From assembly GCA_965240325.2 (NCBI GenBank), contig OZ251232.1, positions 1,054,001 to 1,118,000 on the forward strand: a DNA stretch of 64,000 nucleotides, written 5' to 3'. Source of the stretch: Rebecca billardiae RCC1528 (lineage: Eukaryota; Protista; Haptophyta). The notes under the pieces were generated by a model. That model was not told the origin of the DNA. It did no database searches and saw nothing but the letters and a program-made list of their open reading frames with translations. Shown here in pieces: positions 1 through 9,208 of this stretch; within the stretch, counting starts at the first letter, position 1; each line of letters opens with the position of its first letter. The position numbers and the translations under genes were made by a program.

Positions 1-119
1 ACGCGTGGAGCCCCGTTGACTCGGACCGGCGGAACTCCGTGCGCGTGCGCGTGCCGCCGCAGTACGACGCCGCGGTGCGCGAGGTGGTGGCGGGGGCCGG
101 CCGGCGGCTGCCTCTCGCC

Positions 120-1160
120 CTCGCACTCTGCTCTCCCCGAGCGCGCCTGTCGCCTCGCAGGCCCCGCGTCTACTCCGTCCGTCTCGCCCGGCCCTCGCGC
201 TCCGCTCCGTCACCGAGCGCGCCCGCACCGGTCTGTCGGCGTCTTGCCGGGCCGCGTGGCCGAGTCACGCCGAGTCGGCGCGCGCCCAACAACCTGCCCG
301 CGGGCGCGTTCGTCGCTCGAGGAGGAGCGCGCAAGGGCGAGCCGAGTCCGGAGCACTACGCGAGCTCGTCGCTTGATTGAGGAATGAGGACGGGAGCGCG
401 CCGCGACGGCACGCAGCAGCGGAGATGAGCCGGATGCGCCCGGAGCTAGCGCGGCTGAAGGGCGAGCTCGAGCTCGCGAGCTCGCTCCTCGAGTCCGAGC
501 GCGAGCTCCTCCTCAACTCGGTCGTCGACCGCGCCGGAGGTGCAGCAGCAGCAACTCGGCGAGCACGCACGGCCACGCGGGCTGCCGATAGTGTCAGCCT
601 GCCGCGCTGGCTGGCCGCCGCCGTGGCTTATTCGAGGCCGACGCGGCGGACGAGGAGGCGGCGGGCGAGCACGGCGGCGCGGTGGAGCAGGCGCGCACGC
701 GCGGCGGCAGGCGCGACGCGCCGCTCGCCTCGTTCCACTCCGAGCTCCTCTCGGTCTCGCCTCTGGCGATCGGTGCGCGGAACCCTGCGCAGCGCAGGCC
801 GGGGCCAGCAATGCCCGCTGCTAGTTGGGCGCGCGCTCTCGCTCTGTGCCGGCACGAGGCGCGCCGGCTGAGCGACCAGCGGCCCGTCGCCGAGCGCATG
901 GCGCAGCGCGAGCACCTCAAGCAGGTGCGCCCGCACGCCGCCGCACGCGCCGGCCCGCGCCGCGCGGCGCCTCTCGCCCCGTGCGCGCGCGCGCCGCCCG
1001 CCGGCGGCCGCGCTTCCCGCCGCGCGGCACGCGGCGACAGTCCTCGGCCCGCCATATGTCAGTCAGACTGATATCGATGCCAGCAGCCGACGGAGGTTGC
1101 ACCGCGGGCCCCTAACTACGTTAATATTGGTTCTACGGAAGGACCGCGGAACGCGGTCAT
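120..1160 (+). repeat. Dispersed ~1.1-kb repeat (copy 1; may extend past the window start) carrying a frameshifted coiled-coil-like gene fragment and ending in a GC hairpin
   Basis: Long blocks are shared with 55280-56392, e.g. AACAACCTGCCCGCGGGCGCGTTCGTC, ATGAGCCGGATGCGCCCGGAGCT, GAGCGCATGGCGCAG and the terminal GGTTCTACGGAA..GGACCGCGG.A.CGCGGTCAT. Confidence 0.8.
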
Positions 1161-1197
1161 TATTATTACTATACTACTTATATATATTATTATTATA

Positions 1198-1228
<31 letters not shown>
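1159..1228. repeat. Imperfect (TTA)n/AT-rich microsatellite
   Basis: Direct reading of TATTATTATT runs. Confidence 0.9.
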
Positions 1229-1229
<1 letters not shown>

Positions 1230-1390
1230 TGTCCGGACCCGGTCGCGTTAGACTGCTGATGCTGACAATAATAATAATGCTGCGCTAATATATGATAACT
1301 ACGACTAATCGCGTCGCGATGATGGTCATCGCGTCACGACGTACTATATGGCGGTAGTTATTGGTACGTATTGGCGTAATTTGGCGTATA

Positions 1391-4051
1391 TCACAGCAGC
1401 GGCGCGGCAGCACCTCGTGACGATCGATCGACGACTGCCCCGGACCCGGCGGCGTTATCACCGCGGGCAGCACAGCCAACTGCAAGGTCGCTGCTGGAAT
1501 CAGCGGCTGGCGCCGCCCCAGGGCCGCCCGGCGGCCCTCCCGCCGACGGACTCGCGCGGAGCCGCCCCACTCGCATCGCGGGTCTGCCGGCCGGGGCCGA
1601 CGCGGCGGCGGCGCACGCTCCGTCAGCGGGCGTACGGGGAGCGCACTCCGCCCGCGCCGCGCGCTGCCGCGCTCGCCAGCCGGCTGCAAGCGGCATCGCG
1701 CCGAGTGCCAGCAGCAGGAGGAGGCCGGCGGCGGCGGCGGCGGCGAGGAGGGCGCGCTCGCTGCCCGGCCTCGCCGCCTCCGCGCGCGCGTGCGCCTCCG
1801 CGCCCAGCCCGTCCACGTCCTCGCACCGGCGGCCGCGCTTGCCGCACGCGCGGTGCGTGTGCGAGTGGAAGCTTCCGCCGACCGAGTAACGCAAGTAGTG
1901 CGCGTGCCGCTGCCACGGCAGCCCGTCGCCGTCGCGCGGCGTGCCCGAGGTGCTGTTGAACGGCCGGCCGAGGACGGCGCTGAGCAGCGAGTCGGTCACG
2001 TTGTGCAGGTGCGACGTGTTGAGCGTGCGCCCGCTCACGTGCGTGTGCGTGTGCTCCTCGTGCGAGTGCGGGGAATCAAAGTTGTGCCGATTCACGTGCA
2101 CGTGCACGTTGGCGTCGTGCGTCGCGCCGTCCGCGCCGCCGTCGTGGATGTCGCCGTCGGCCTGCGAGGCGGCGACGGCGGCGATGGCGGCGCGCGGCCG
2201 GGCGCGATGCCTCGGGTTGTGCCCGTGCTCCCGCCGCCGCCGGTCGGAGCCGCCTGCGCCGCCGCCGTCGTCCGCCGCGCCGCCGCCATAGTAGGCGGTA
2301 TAGTCTCCGTCAGCAGGCGTGCCGCCCGTGAGGGGCACGAGGGCGCCGGACGCGCGCGGCGGTGCGGCCGCCATCCGATCGCCCGGCGGCGCATCGTCGC
2401 GACGATGGCGCGGGTGGCGCGGCTCGCGGGGCTCGTGCCGCGCGTGCCGCGCCGCGCGCCGCGCCTCGCGCGCGGAGGGCTCCGCAGCAGGGCCGGCCGC
2501 CCACACATCCGTCGCCGGCGTCGCCGGGGCGGGCGCCGGCTGCACGGGCTGTGGCGTCGGCATGGGCAGTGGCGCCGGCGCGCGCGGCGTGGGCATCGAG
2601 GGCGGGCTCGCCCACGGCACGCGCGGCGGCGGCGGCGGCGGGCTCCACCAGCGCGGACGCATCCGGGGGTCAACGACGGCCGTCGGCGCGGCCTCTGCCG
2701 GCGCGGCGCGCCACGCCGGCGTCGCCGGCACGGACTGCGCCACCGTGGCGGCCGGGCGCCGGCTCGCCTGCGCCCAGCTCCAGCGCGCAGGCGCGGGGCT
2801 CGGCGGCGGCGGCGGCGGGCTCCACCACGGCCGGCGCACCCGCGGCGCCACGCCCGGCCACGCCTGCGCCGCCACCGGTTCAGGGTGCAGCGGCGGCGCG
2901 CGCCGCGTCGGCGTCTGCGGCGGCGTCGCGAGCATGGCGGCCGCCTCGGCCGCGTACTGCGGCGGCAGCGGGTGCTGCTCGAAGAAGGCGGTGATGAGCT
3001 CGTACGCCTCGACCCCGCCGTACGTCGGCCCCAGCCCCGAGCTGTAGCTCTGCGCGGCGCTCGGCCACGTGTGCCCCATGCCCCGGACCGTGTAGAGCAG
3101 GACAGCGCTGCCGTCCGCGCACCCCTCCGCGCTCTCGAGCGAGACGTCGGCGTTGTAGTGGCTGAGGTGCGGCGTGCGCTCGCACCGGTTGAACGCCGCC
3201 CACGCCGCGCGCGCGTCCTGCACGCTCGTCCGCCACTCCGCCGCGCCGCCGCCGCCGTACGGAGCGACCGGGTCGGCGGTGCCGTGGATGGCGAGCACCG
3301 GGATCGGCCGAGTCGCGTTGTTCGGCCGCGGGTAGCGGAGCGACGCGACGGGCGCGATGGCGGCGACGAGCGGCGAGAGCTCGGAGGCGAGCTGCGCGCA
3401 GAAGCGCCCGCCGTTCGAGTACCCCGCGCAGGACACCGCGCGCGGGCTGACGCACAGCTGCCCGGCGACGAAGCGCAGGACGGCGAGGGCGTACCCCACG
3501 TCGTCCGCGCCGCCGGCGCGGGGCCGCGCGTCCGCGCCCACGTTGAATTCGTTGTCCAGCCCGCTCAGGACGAGCATGATGCTGTTGAGGTGATTCGCCC
3601 ACTGCAGCGCCTCTCGGATGATCGGCGCCGCCGGCAGCCGGCTGGTGTCCGGGTTGACGATGATGAGGGACGTGGGCTGCGCGCGATCGTACGTCGCTGG
3701 CACAAACAGCATGAACTTGCGCTCGGGCGCAGCCCCGGGGGCGCGGGCGGGTGGCGATGGGTGGTCCCCGAAGAGGAACTCGTCAGCCCCTTTGATGCTC
3801 GTGCAGCCGCGCCCCTCGCCAGCCCTGGGCTGCCACGTGCGCCGCGCCGCGTCGACAAAGCCGCGGCACTCAAACAGGCCGCGCTCGTGGTCGTCCGGAG
3901 GGCACGGCAGCCCCGCCACAGGGGCGTCGGGCTGGGCGACGCCGTGGGGATCGTGGTGGCCGTGGTGCGCACGCAGCCGAGACGCGGCGTGCCGCGGGTT
4001 CGCCGCCGCGCGGCCCGCTGCGAGGAGGAGGAGGAGCGCGTGGCGAGCCAT
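1391..4051 (-). CDS. Secreted/membrane-anchored alpha/beta-hydrolase of the PHB-depolymerase/LpqP/feruloyl-esterase-like family, with Pro-rich and His-rich linker and a C-terminal TM segment
   Basis: 886-aa ORF. Signal peptide MARHALLLLLAAGRAAA, ADDVGY, nucleophile GYSNGG, LAIHGTADPV (Asp), GMGHTWP (His), and hydrophobic LLAAAAAAGLLLLLALG near the C-terminus. Confidence 0.8.
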   Translation of the reverse strand: MARHALLLLLAAGRAAANPRHAASRLRAHHGHHDPHGVAQPDAPVAGLPCPPDDHERGLFECRGFVDAARRTWQPRAGEGRGCTSIKGADEFLFGDHPSPPARAPGAAPERKFMLFVPATYDRAQPTSLIIVNPDTSRLPAAPIIREALQWANHLNSIMLVLSGLDNEFNVGADARPRAGGADDVGYALAVLRFVAGQLCVSPRAVSCAGYSNGGRFCAQLASELSPLVAAIAPVASLRYPRPNNATRPIPVLAIHGTADPVAPYGGGGAAEWRTSVQDARAAWAAFNRCERTPHLSHYNADVSLESAEGCADGSAVLLYTVRGMGHTWPSAAQSYSSGLGPTYGGVEAYELITAFFEQHPLPPQYAAEAAAMLATPPQTPTRRAPPLHPEPVAAQAWPGVAPRVRRPWWSPPPPPPSPAPARWSWAQASRRPAATVAQSVPATPAWRAAPAEAAPTAVVDPRMRPRWWSPPPPPPRVPWASPPSMPTPRAPAPLPMPTPQPVQPAPAPATPATDVWAAGPAAEPSAREARRAARHARHEPREPRHPRHRRDDAPPGDRMAAAPPRASGALVPLTGGTPADGDYTAYYGGGAADDGGGAGGSDRRRREHGHNPRHRARPRAAIAAVAASQADGDIHDGGADGATHDANVHVHVNRHNFDSPHSHEEHTHTHVSGRTLNTSHLHNVTDSLLSAVLGRPFNSTSGTPRDGDGLPWQRHAHYLRYSVGGSFHSHTHRACGKRGRRCEDVDGLGAEAHARAEAARPGSERALLAAAAAAGLLLLLALGAMPLAAGWRARQRAARAECAPRTPADGACAAAASAPAGRPAMRVGRLRASPSAGGPPGGPGAAPAADSSSDLAVGCAARGDNAAGSGAVVDRSSRGAAAPLL

Positions 4052-4176
4052 CGAGCTAGTCGTAGCGGCTCGTTTTTGAAAGGCGAGCCGAGCGTCTCAG
4101 CTCGCGTCTCCGCACCGGACTAGGGTTCCGAAGGTTCCGAGTCCTGCGCCGAGCCGCTAGGTCATGGCCACGCCCA

Positions 4177-4995
4177 ATGGCGACCACCGTCTTGGCGGTC
4201 GCGTGCTCCATCCAGATCCGCGCGCCGCAGCCGCCGCGCGCGGCCCTTGCCGGTGAGGTGCTCGCACTACACCATCGCCTCCCTTTCGACGCGGATGCGC
4301 GCGAGCTGCGTGGGCCTTTTGCCCTATTGGCAGCGCCCACGCCCGACGTGGCCACAGCCGACTCGCACGCCACGGCACTCTGGGTGGGCGAGTGGCCGCT
4401 CTGCTACGCGCGCGAGGGTGCGAACTGCGTCCTCGCGCCCACGATCGACGGCGGGCAGACGCGTCGCCTGATCGCCATCGCGCCCGTCGCCGAGGGTGAG
4501 GCGTGGTGCGTGCCCGCACCGGCGCGAGAGCCAGACCTCGCGCACGCCATCGAGCGTGCGCTCGCGCTCGCAGGGAACACGAGCGTGGTGGCGCACCGCG
4601 ACGAGGTGCGCTTTGCCGGCTCGACGCTCAAAGGGCGAGGCGTGTTCGCCCACCGCGCCTACCGGCGTGGCGAGCACATCGTCACCTGGCCATCAGACGT
4701 GGCGCCCGCGCGAGACGTGCCCACCTCTCTGCGCGACTACGTGTACAGCGGCGCGCAGCCGGGCACGCGCCTCGTGGTCCATGGGCACGGGATGCTGTAC
4801 AATCACGATGACGAGCCGAATATCCGCTCGCAGCAGCCTGTGACGCCCGAGGGCGAGATCATCGCACCGCACGGCGGCATCAGCTTCTACGCCGTGCGTG
4901 ACATTGCGCGCGGAGAAGAGCTCGTGCAGTCCTACGGCGATGAGTGGTGGGCGAGGCGGCGGCAGTCCTCCGCTGCGGCGGTGGCCGGACGGTGA
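4177..4995 (+). CDS. SET-domain lysine methyltransferase (minimal bacterial/viral-type SET)
   Basis: GSTLKGRGVFAHRAYRRGEHI, GMLYNHDDEPN and FYAVRDIARGEELVQSYGDEWW are the SET signature motifs. Confidence 0.85.
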   Translation: MATTVLAVACSIQIRAPQPPRAALAGEVLALHHRLPFDADARELRGPFALLAAPTPDVATADSHATALWVGEWPLCYAREGANCVLAPTIDGGQTRRLIAIAPVAEGEAWCVPAPAREPDLAHAIERALALAGNTSVVAHRDEVRFAGSTLKGRGVFAHRAYRRGEHIVTWPSDVAPARDVPTSLRDYVYSGAQPGTRLVVHGHGMLYNHDDEPNIRSQQPVTPEGEIIAPHGGISFYAVRDIARGEELVQSYGDEWWARRRQSSAAAVAGR

Positions 4996-5341
4996 CGCCA
5001 CACGGCACCTGCGACTGTCACAGTAGTGCCGCATACCGAGGAGTGGTAGACGACCCATCAGCCAATGGCGGCGCCGCCAGCAGCAGCCCGCCGGTAGGCG
5101 GCGGCAGACTCAGGCTGGCGGGGCCGTGACCCGCGCGACGCGGGCCGGACCGGGTGGGCTACTGATTATAAGTCTTATAATTAGAATAAGAACCGCCCCT
5201 TCAACTAGTTCATCAAGTTCAATGCTTGGACTAGCTTGGTGGACCGTCTGGGCCCGGGCAGCAAGTATTATTATTGCCAGTAGCCGGCGCTACCGCGGTG
5301 AACCGCCGGAGGCATTTACTATACGCGCTCAACGGATTACG

Positions 5342-5399
5342 TACAGTTTACTAAGTCTAAGTAAGAATAAGAGACGCACACAGCTCAGGCAGGCGAGAT
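5342..5399 (+). repeat. Short dispersed repeat TACAGTTTACTAAG..AATAAGAGACGCACACAGCTCAGGCAGGCGAGAT (copy 1)
   Basis: Near-identical to 63105-63152 (+) and 45550-45700 (-, interrupted). Confidence 0.85.
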
Positions 5400-5536
5400 T
5401 ATGTATCATACTAACATACGCGGTATAGTATTTAATACGTTATAATCGCGCGTGTACGAACAGCGCGACTCGAACACGTACTAGTCAGCAACTCATTAAA
5501 TAAAGGGCCAACTCACCATATTATAACTGTCAGGCG

Positions 5537-5780
5537 AGAGAGAAGGTATTACCTACTCACCAGGACAGTTTACCCCCGGCCGCCGCGCCGTCACAAAATG
5601 GCCGGCACTCGCAGGTCATTTTCGCGCATCCGCGCACACCCTCCATCCCTCCCGCCCCTCCGAAATCACCGGTGTTTGCCACCCGAAACGAGACTGGCAA
5701 ATGCCGGTGATTTTCGCGCTGAAAACCATGCTTTCACAAGCGAAAATTTAGACGCCACTTCGATACACTGCGCGCTACGA
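5537..5780 (+). repeat. Left terminal inverted repeat (244 bp)
   Basis: AGAGAGAAGGTATTACCTACTCACC...CGATACACTGCGCGCTACGA is the reverse complement of 19139-19382. Confidence 0.97.
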
Positions 5781-5854
5781 GGCCAGCCACCACCCAACCG
5801 CCATAGTGGCGAGCGGGTGGTCGGTGGCTAAATAATTTCTGCGGTGTGTTAAGT

Positions 5855-6172
5855 ATGAAGACCACCTTCACGACCGTCGAGGATGGTCGCATGGGCCCGG
5901 AGAATCCAGCCGAGCTCAAGGGCCTGTACGCCCACTGTAAAGCATGTGAGAAATACGTGCCCGCACTCGAGATGAACTATCGTCGCAAGAACAAGCGTGT
6001 TTACCGGGCCAAGATCTGCATCGCATGCAACCGGGAGCTGCTCAAGAAACGTCAGGCACTCTGGCGCGAGCGTCATCCTCGGCAAAACAAGGAAGATAGC
6101 AATTCAGATATGCAGCTGAGCACGCACTCGGCGCTGAAGACGGCCGATGGAGGCGGCCTATCGTCCATGTAG
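5855..6172 (+). CDS. Viral small Zn-finger protein (CxxC...CxxC plus basic helix)
   Basis: CKACEK...KICIACNRELLKKRQALWRERH. The ATG at 5855 is preceded by the AT-rich/TGCGG motif; the track's GTG start is at 5846. Confidence 0.6.
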   Translation: MKTTFTTVEDGRMGPENPAELKGLYAHCKACEKYVPALEMNYRRKNKRVYRAKICIACNRELLKKRQALWRERHPRQNKEDSNSDMQLSTHSALKTADGGGLSSM

Positions 6173-6397
6173 TATCTCCAGGTTTTTCTGCAGGCTCGGT
6201 GTCGGGCCCCACAGCAAATGACGGCTGTAGTAAATCCCAGATTTGGGGTTGTTCCAGTTTTTATTCACGCGATGCCTAGCGATCCAGGCCTTTTTGATGG
6301 CATCATCACCATGGTCTATATACGTCTTACCGCCTTTAGCACCAAAATGCACACCCTTGTACTCGTATCGCTTACCCTTGCGGGTCGAAGCTTTCAT
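6158..6397 (-). CDS. Tlr6F-like (DUF5754-type) small conserved protein of PLVs, virophages and NCLDVs
   Basis: STRKGKRY...VHFGAKGGKTYIDHGDDAIKKAWIARH...NW...SGIYYSRHLLW matches the family pattern as I recall it. Confidence 0.8.
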   Translation of the reverse strand: MKASTRKGKRYEYKGVHFGAKGGKTYIDHGDDAIKKAWIARHRVNKNWNNPKSGIYYSRHLLWGPTPSLQKNLEILHGR

Positions 6398-6418
6398 TTA
6401 TATGACATGATTTTTAGT

Positions 6419-8539
6419 CTATGGCGGAGGCGTGAAGAGGTCATAGTCGCGATCGACCTCGGCCTGCGTGATCGCACCTTCGGTGTAGAAGCGCACTGCA
6501 GCACACTTGAATGGACCGCCGCTTGGGGGCGTGCTCGCGTAAATTTCGTTGACATCGCCCACGGCAGTGGCGCTCATGGCCTCAACGCCGAGCGATACCT
6601 TGTTCAACCAGGCCTCCATGTTGCCTCCCACTGTATAAGACCAAGCAATATGATACCAGGTGTTCAGCGGCAAAACATCGACTCGGTCGTATAAATTACC
6701 AGACTGCCCTGTGATATCGAACCCAAACGCGGTGTTCCCAACGCCGTTGCGGTAGATGTAAAAATGAACGACCTTCGAGCCTGTATTGCGCCACTCGAGT
6801 TTGAATGAGCCTGAGACGTTGTCGACATAAACCCACGCTGAGAACCCAAACATCGTCATCGTCTGCGTCGGTACTGGCGCTGTCATCACAACCGAGCTGC
6901 TGAGATCAGCATAGCCATTGGTGTGCGTTGCAGTGCCGCTGGATACAGTGAAAGCATAGCTGCCAACATCATCGGTCAAATTCGTCGTCATCGGCCAGCT
7001 GGCAAATGGATTTAAGCCTTGCATCGGCGAGTACAAATTCATCACCGTCGGCACATCGATGATCCCGCGCGCGATTGTCATGGCATACAGTCGCACGCCT
7101 GCGGTCATAGGCGCGGTTCTGTGCCCGATGATGCTGAGCAGCGGGGTGAAGCTGGCTGGTAGCGTGGTAGTACTCACCAGCACACCATCGATGTACACTT
7201 TGGACGTGGTGCCATCCACTGTTTGCGCAATGTGGTGCCACTCTCCATGTGCCGGTCCTGCCAAGTCCTGAAACGCTGTCGCGCCCAGCTCAGAGCGCAG
7301 CTGGCCACCGATGATCTCGAAAGTGAAGTCGGTGACGCCATCCTCGAGGAGCCACATGCGAACGGCATCGGTGTTATTCGGGCGGTAGGTCCATGCCGCA
7401 AGCGAGAAGCGCTCGCTGCCCTGCATGTCGGGCATTTCATTCAGACCGAGATGCAATGTACTAGTATTTTGCATCTCTAGGTAACCGCTCGTCATCACAT
7501 AATCGCCATTTGTGGGCTGCAGCGCGGCGGCGGCACCGTCTACCTCGAGCAAGTTTCCATCGAGCAACCATGTGTACCGCAGGACATATCCAAGCCACGA
7601 CTGCGCATGCGCCAGGCGGCCGGCCGCATCGAGAGCGTATGGATATATGCTCAGCTGCGCGAGCGCAGCCTGGTCGTCAAGCGTGGCGACGAGTGGGTAG
7701 TAGAGCGAAATCCGCTTGAAATCTGGGTCCGTTTGTTGGCCAATAGTGCGAGAGTGGAGGAGCGTTTGGTCCGCATAGATCTCGATATTCGCCTCAAAAG
7801 AGTTGGTTTCCTGCGAGATGACAAAGTGTGTCCAGACACCGCTTGGGACCATCTGGCTCACGTCGTCTACAAAGCCGACACTGCTACTAGCGATGATGTT
7901 CGAGTCCAGCTCAGCGCTCGCGTACGAGAGCCCACCGCCTAGTGAGAGCTTACTCAGGCCTGGGCAGCCCTTCAGGTAGAAAGCCGCACTAAAATCCCGC
8001 CAGTCGTGCCCCGGTGTCTGGAGCGTGAGCGTGCTCGCATTGGCCGTTGAGCGCGCGGAGTCTTCAGCAAAGGCAAACGTGCCAGCCGGCACGAGGCTCT
8101 GAGCGCGAGGAGTGGTATCGACCAGGTCTGCGGTCAGCGGGAAATGTGCCACTGTGGGGCCAGTGAGCATGGACTGGGTAATCAGATTGCCAGACTCGAT
8201 CGACCCATGATATAGCGTACCCGTGTGATCAAAGCTGGTCAGTAGGCTATCGCCGGAGTACACGCTGAAATAAGGCTTATACTCGTGATCATATTGGCGA
8301 TTCACTACCTTCTCATAATTGTCCGCTGTCCAGACTACAGTGGCGCTCGATGGAGTTATGCTCGCGCTCGTCACAGTGAATATATGCCTGGGATGGGAAA
8401 CCCGTATTTTCAGGTCCTCGTTGGGCAGTGGCGGAACGAAATTGATAGTTATAGACGAGCTTGCTGGGTACGTGAGCACCTCGCCACTCCAGCTGATTGA
8501 TGATGATGATGATGAAACTAGGCCGAAGATGCTCGCCAT
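6419..8539 (-). CDS. Viral LamG/concanavalin-A-like repeat protein, putative fibre/receptor-binding protein
   Basis: 706 aa with three LamG-like units: GVWTHFVISQ..IYAD, GEWHHIAQTVDGTTSKVYIDG and NTWYHIAWSY..AWLN, each preceded by an FSxxAW/FY-like motif. Confidence 0.75.
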   Translation of the reverse strand: MASIFGLVSSSSSSISWSGEVLTYPASSSITINFVPPLPNEDLKIRVSHPRHIFTVTSASITPSSATVVWTADNYEKVVNRQYDHEYKPYFSVYSGDSLLTSFDHTGTLYHGSIESGNLITQSMLTGPTVAHFPLTADLVDTTPRAQSLVPAGTFAFAEDSARSTANASTLTLQTPGHDWRDFSAAFYLKGCPGLSKLSLGGGLSYASAELDSNIIASSSVGFVDDVSQMVPSGVWTHFVISQETNSFEANIEIYADQTLLHSRTIGQQTDPDFKRISLYYPLVATLDDQAALAQLSIYPYALDAAGRLAHAQSWLGYVLRYTWLLDGNLLEVDGAAAALQPTNGDYVMTSGYLEMQNTSTLHLGLNEMPDMQGSERFSLAAWTYRPNNTDAVRMWLLEDGVTDFTFEIIGGQLRSELGATAFQDLAGPAHGEWHHIAQTVDGTTSKVYIDGVLVSTTTLPASFTPLLSIIGHRTAPMTAGVRLYAMTIARGIIDVPTVMNLYSPMQGLNPFASWPMTTNLTDDVGSYAFTVSSGTATHTNGYADLSSSVVMTAPVPTQTMTMFGFSAWVYVDNVSGSFKLEWRNTGSKVVHFYIYRNGVGNTAFGFDITGQSGNLYDRVDVLPLNTWYHIAWSYTVGGNMEAWLNKVSLGVEAMSATAVGDVNEIYASTPPSGGPFKCAAVRFYTEGAITQAEVDRDYDLFTPPP

Positions 8540-8561
8540 ATATTATAAGCCATATAATAAT

Positions 8562-9194
8562 ATGCGTATCACTGACCCGCTAAAGAAGGAGTACACGCAG
8601 TTTAAGGCTGCGCTGCAAAATGCGGGCTTCGCTGACAAGGACAAAAAGATTGCCGGCGTGTATGTGATCCACCCAACATGGGCGGGCAAGAGACCCCTGT
8701 TTAAAATGGGAATGACCAAAAATATTCGGAGTCGGCTCTTCGCGGGATACAGGCACAGCATGCCATACGCAGCGGGCAGCTTCAAGCTGATGGCATTCCT
8801 TGTGACGAGCCCCAACCTGGCCAAAGATGTGGAGGATCGGCTTCTCGCTCGCACGAATCCAGGCTACAGTTTTGTCAAGCCTCTCCGGGATAAAGAGTGG
8901 CGACAAAGCGGGGCACCATGGCCTGAGATTCGGCCGCTCCTGGCTCTGCTCATGGCGGTGGTGCGGAGGCAAACAGAGGGGAACTGGTACGTCTTCAATG
9001 ACAAGGGGTCGATCACTCACAGAGGCGGCAGTCAGCCGGCTGTGGAGCAAACCTCGGTCATCCCTACTGGAGCCATCCGTCGCACGCGTAGCCAGAGAGA
9101 CAGGCGAGCGCAGGTCACAAACATTGTAGACGCCACGAGCGGGCACCCAGTCCGCTCGGCCCACGGGTTCAGGATGCTCAGGCCTCGCAAATAA
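8562..9194 (+). CDS. GIY-YIG superfamily nuclease (T5orf172/MUG113-like)
   Basis: GVYVIH...FKMGMTKNIRSRL..Y..S.P...VEDRL...KEW. ATG at 8562 follows a 22-bp AT-rich divergent spacer; the track's start at 8319 overlaps the LamG gene. Confidence 0.75.
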   Translation: MRITDPLKKEYTQFKAALQNAGFADKDKKIAGVYVIHPTWAGKRPLFKMGMTKNIRSRLFAGYRHSMPYAAGSFKLMAFLVTSPNLAKDVEDRLLARTNPGYSFVKPLRDKEWRQSGAPWPEIRPLLALLMAVVRRQTEGNWYVFNDKGSITHRGGSQPAVEQTSVIPTGAIRRTRSQRDRRAQVTNIVDATSGHPVRSAHGFRMLRPRK

Positions 9195-9208
9195 AACTGC
9201 GCAGTAAT

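Noticed and set aside
4177-4995. SET gene as part of the virus
   Set aside because: It lies outside the TIR and TSD and has host-like high GC.
5598-5831. ORFs inside the TIRs (also 18995-19321) and across the subterminal repeats (18421-19185, 18516-18977)
   Set aside because: Their identity simply reflects the repeats; they lack the viral leader motif and protein-like features.
8319-8561. N-terminal extension of the nuclease ORF
   Set aside because: It is antisense to the LamG gene start; the ATG at 8562 after the AT-rich spacer is more plausible.
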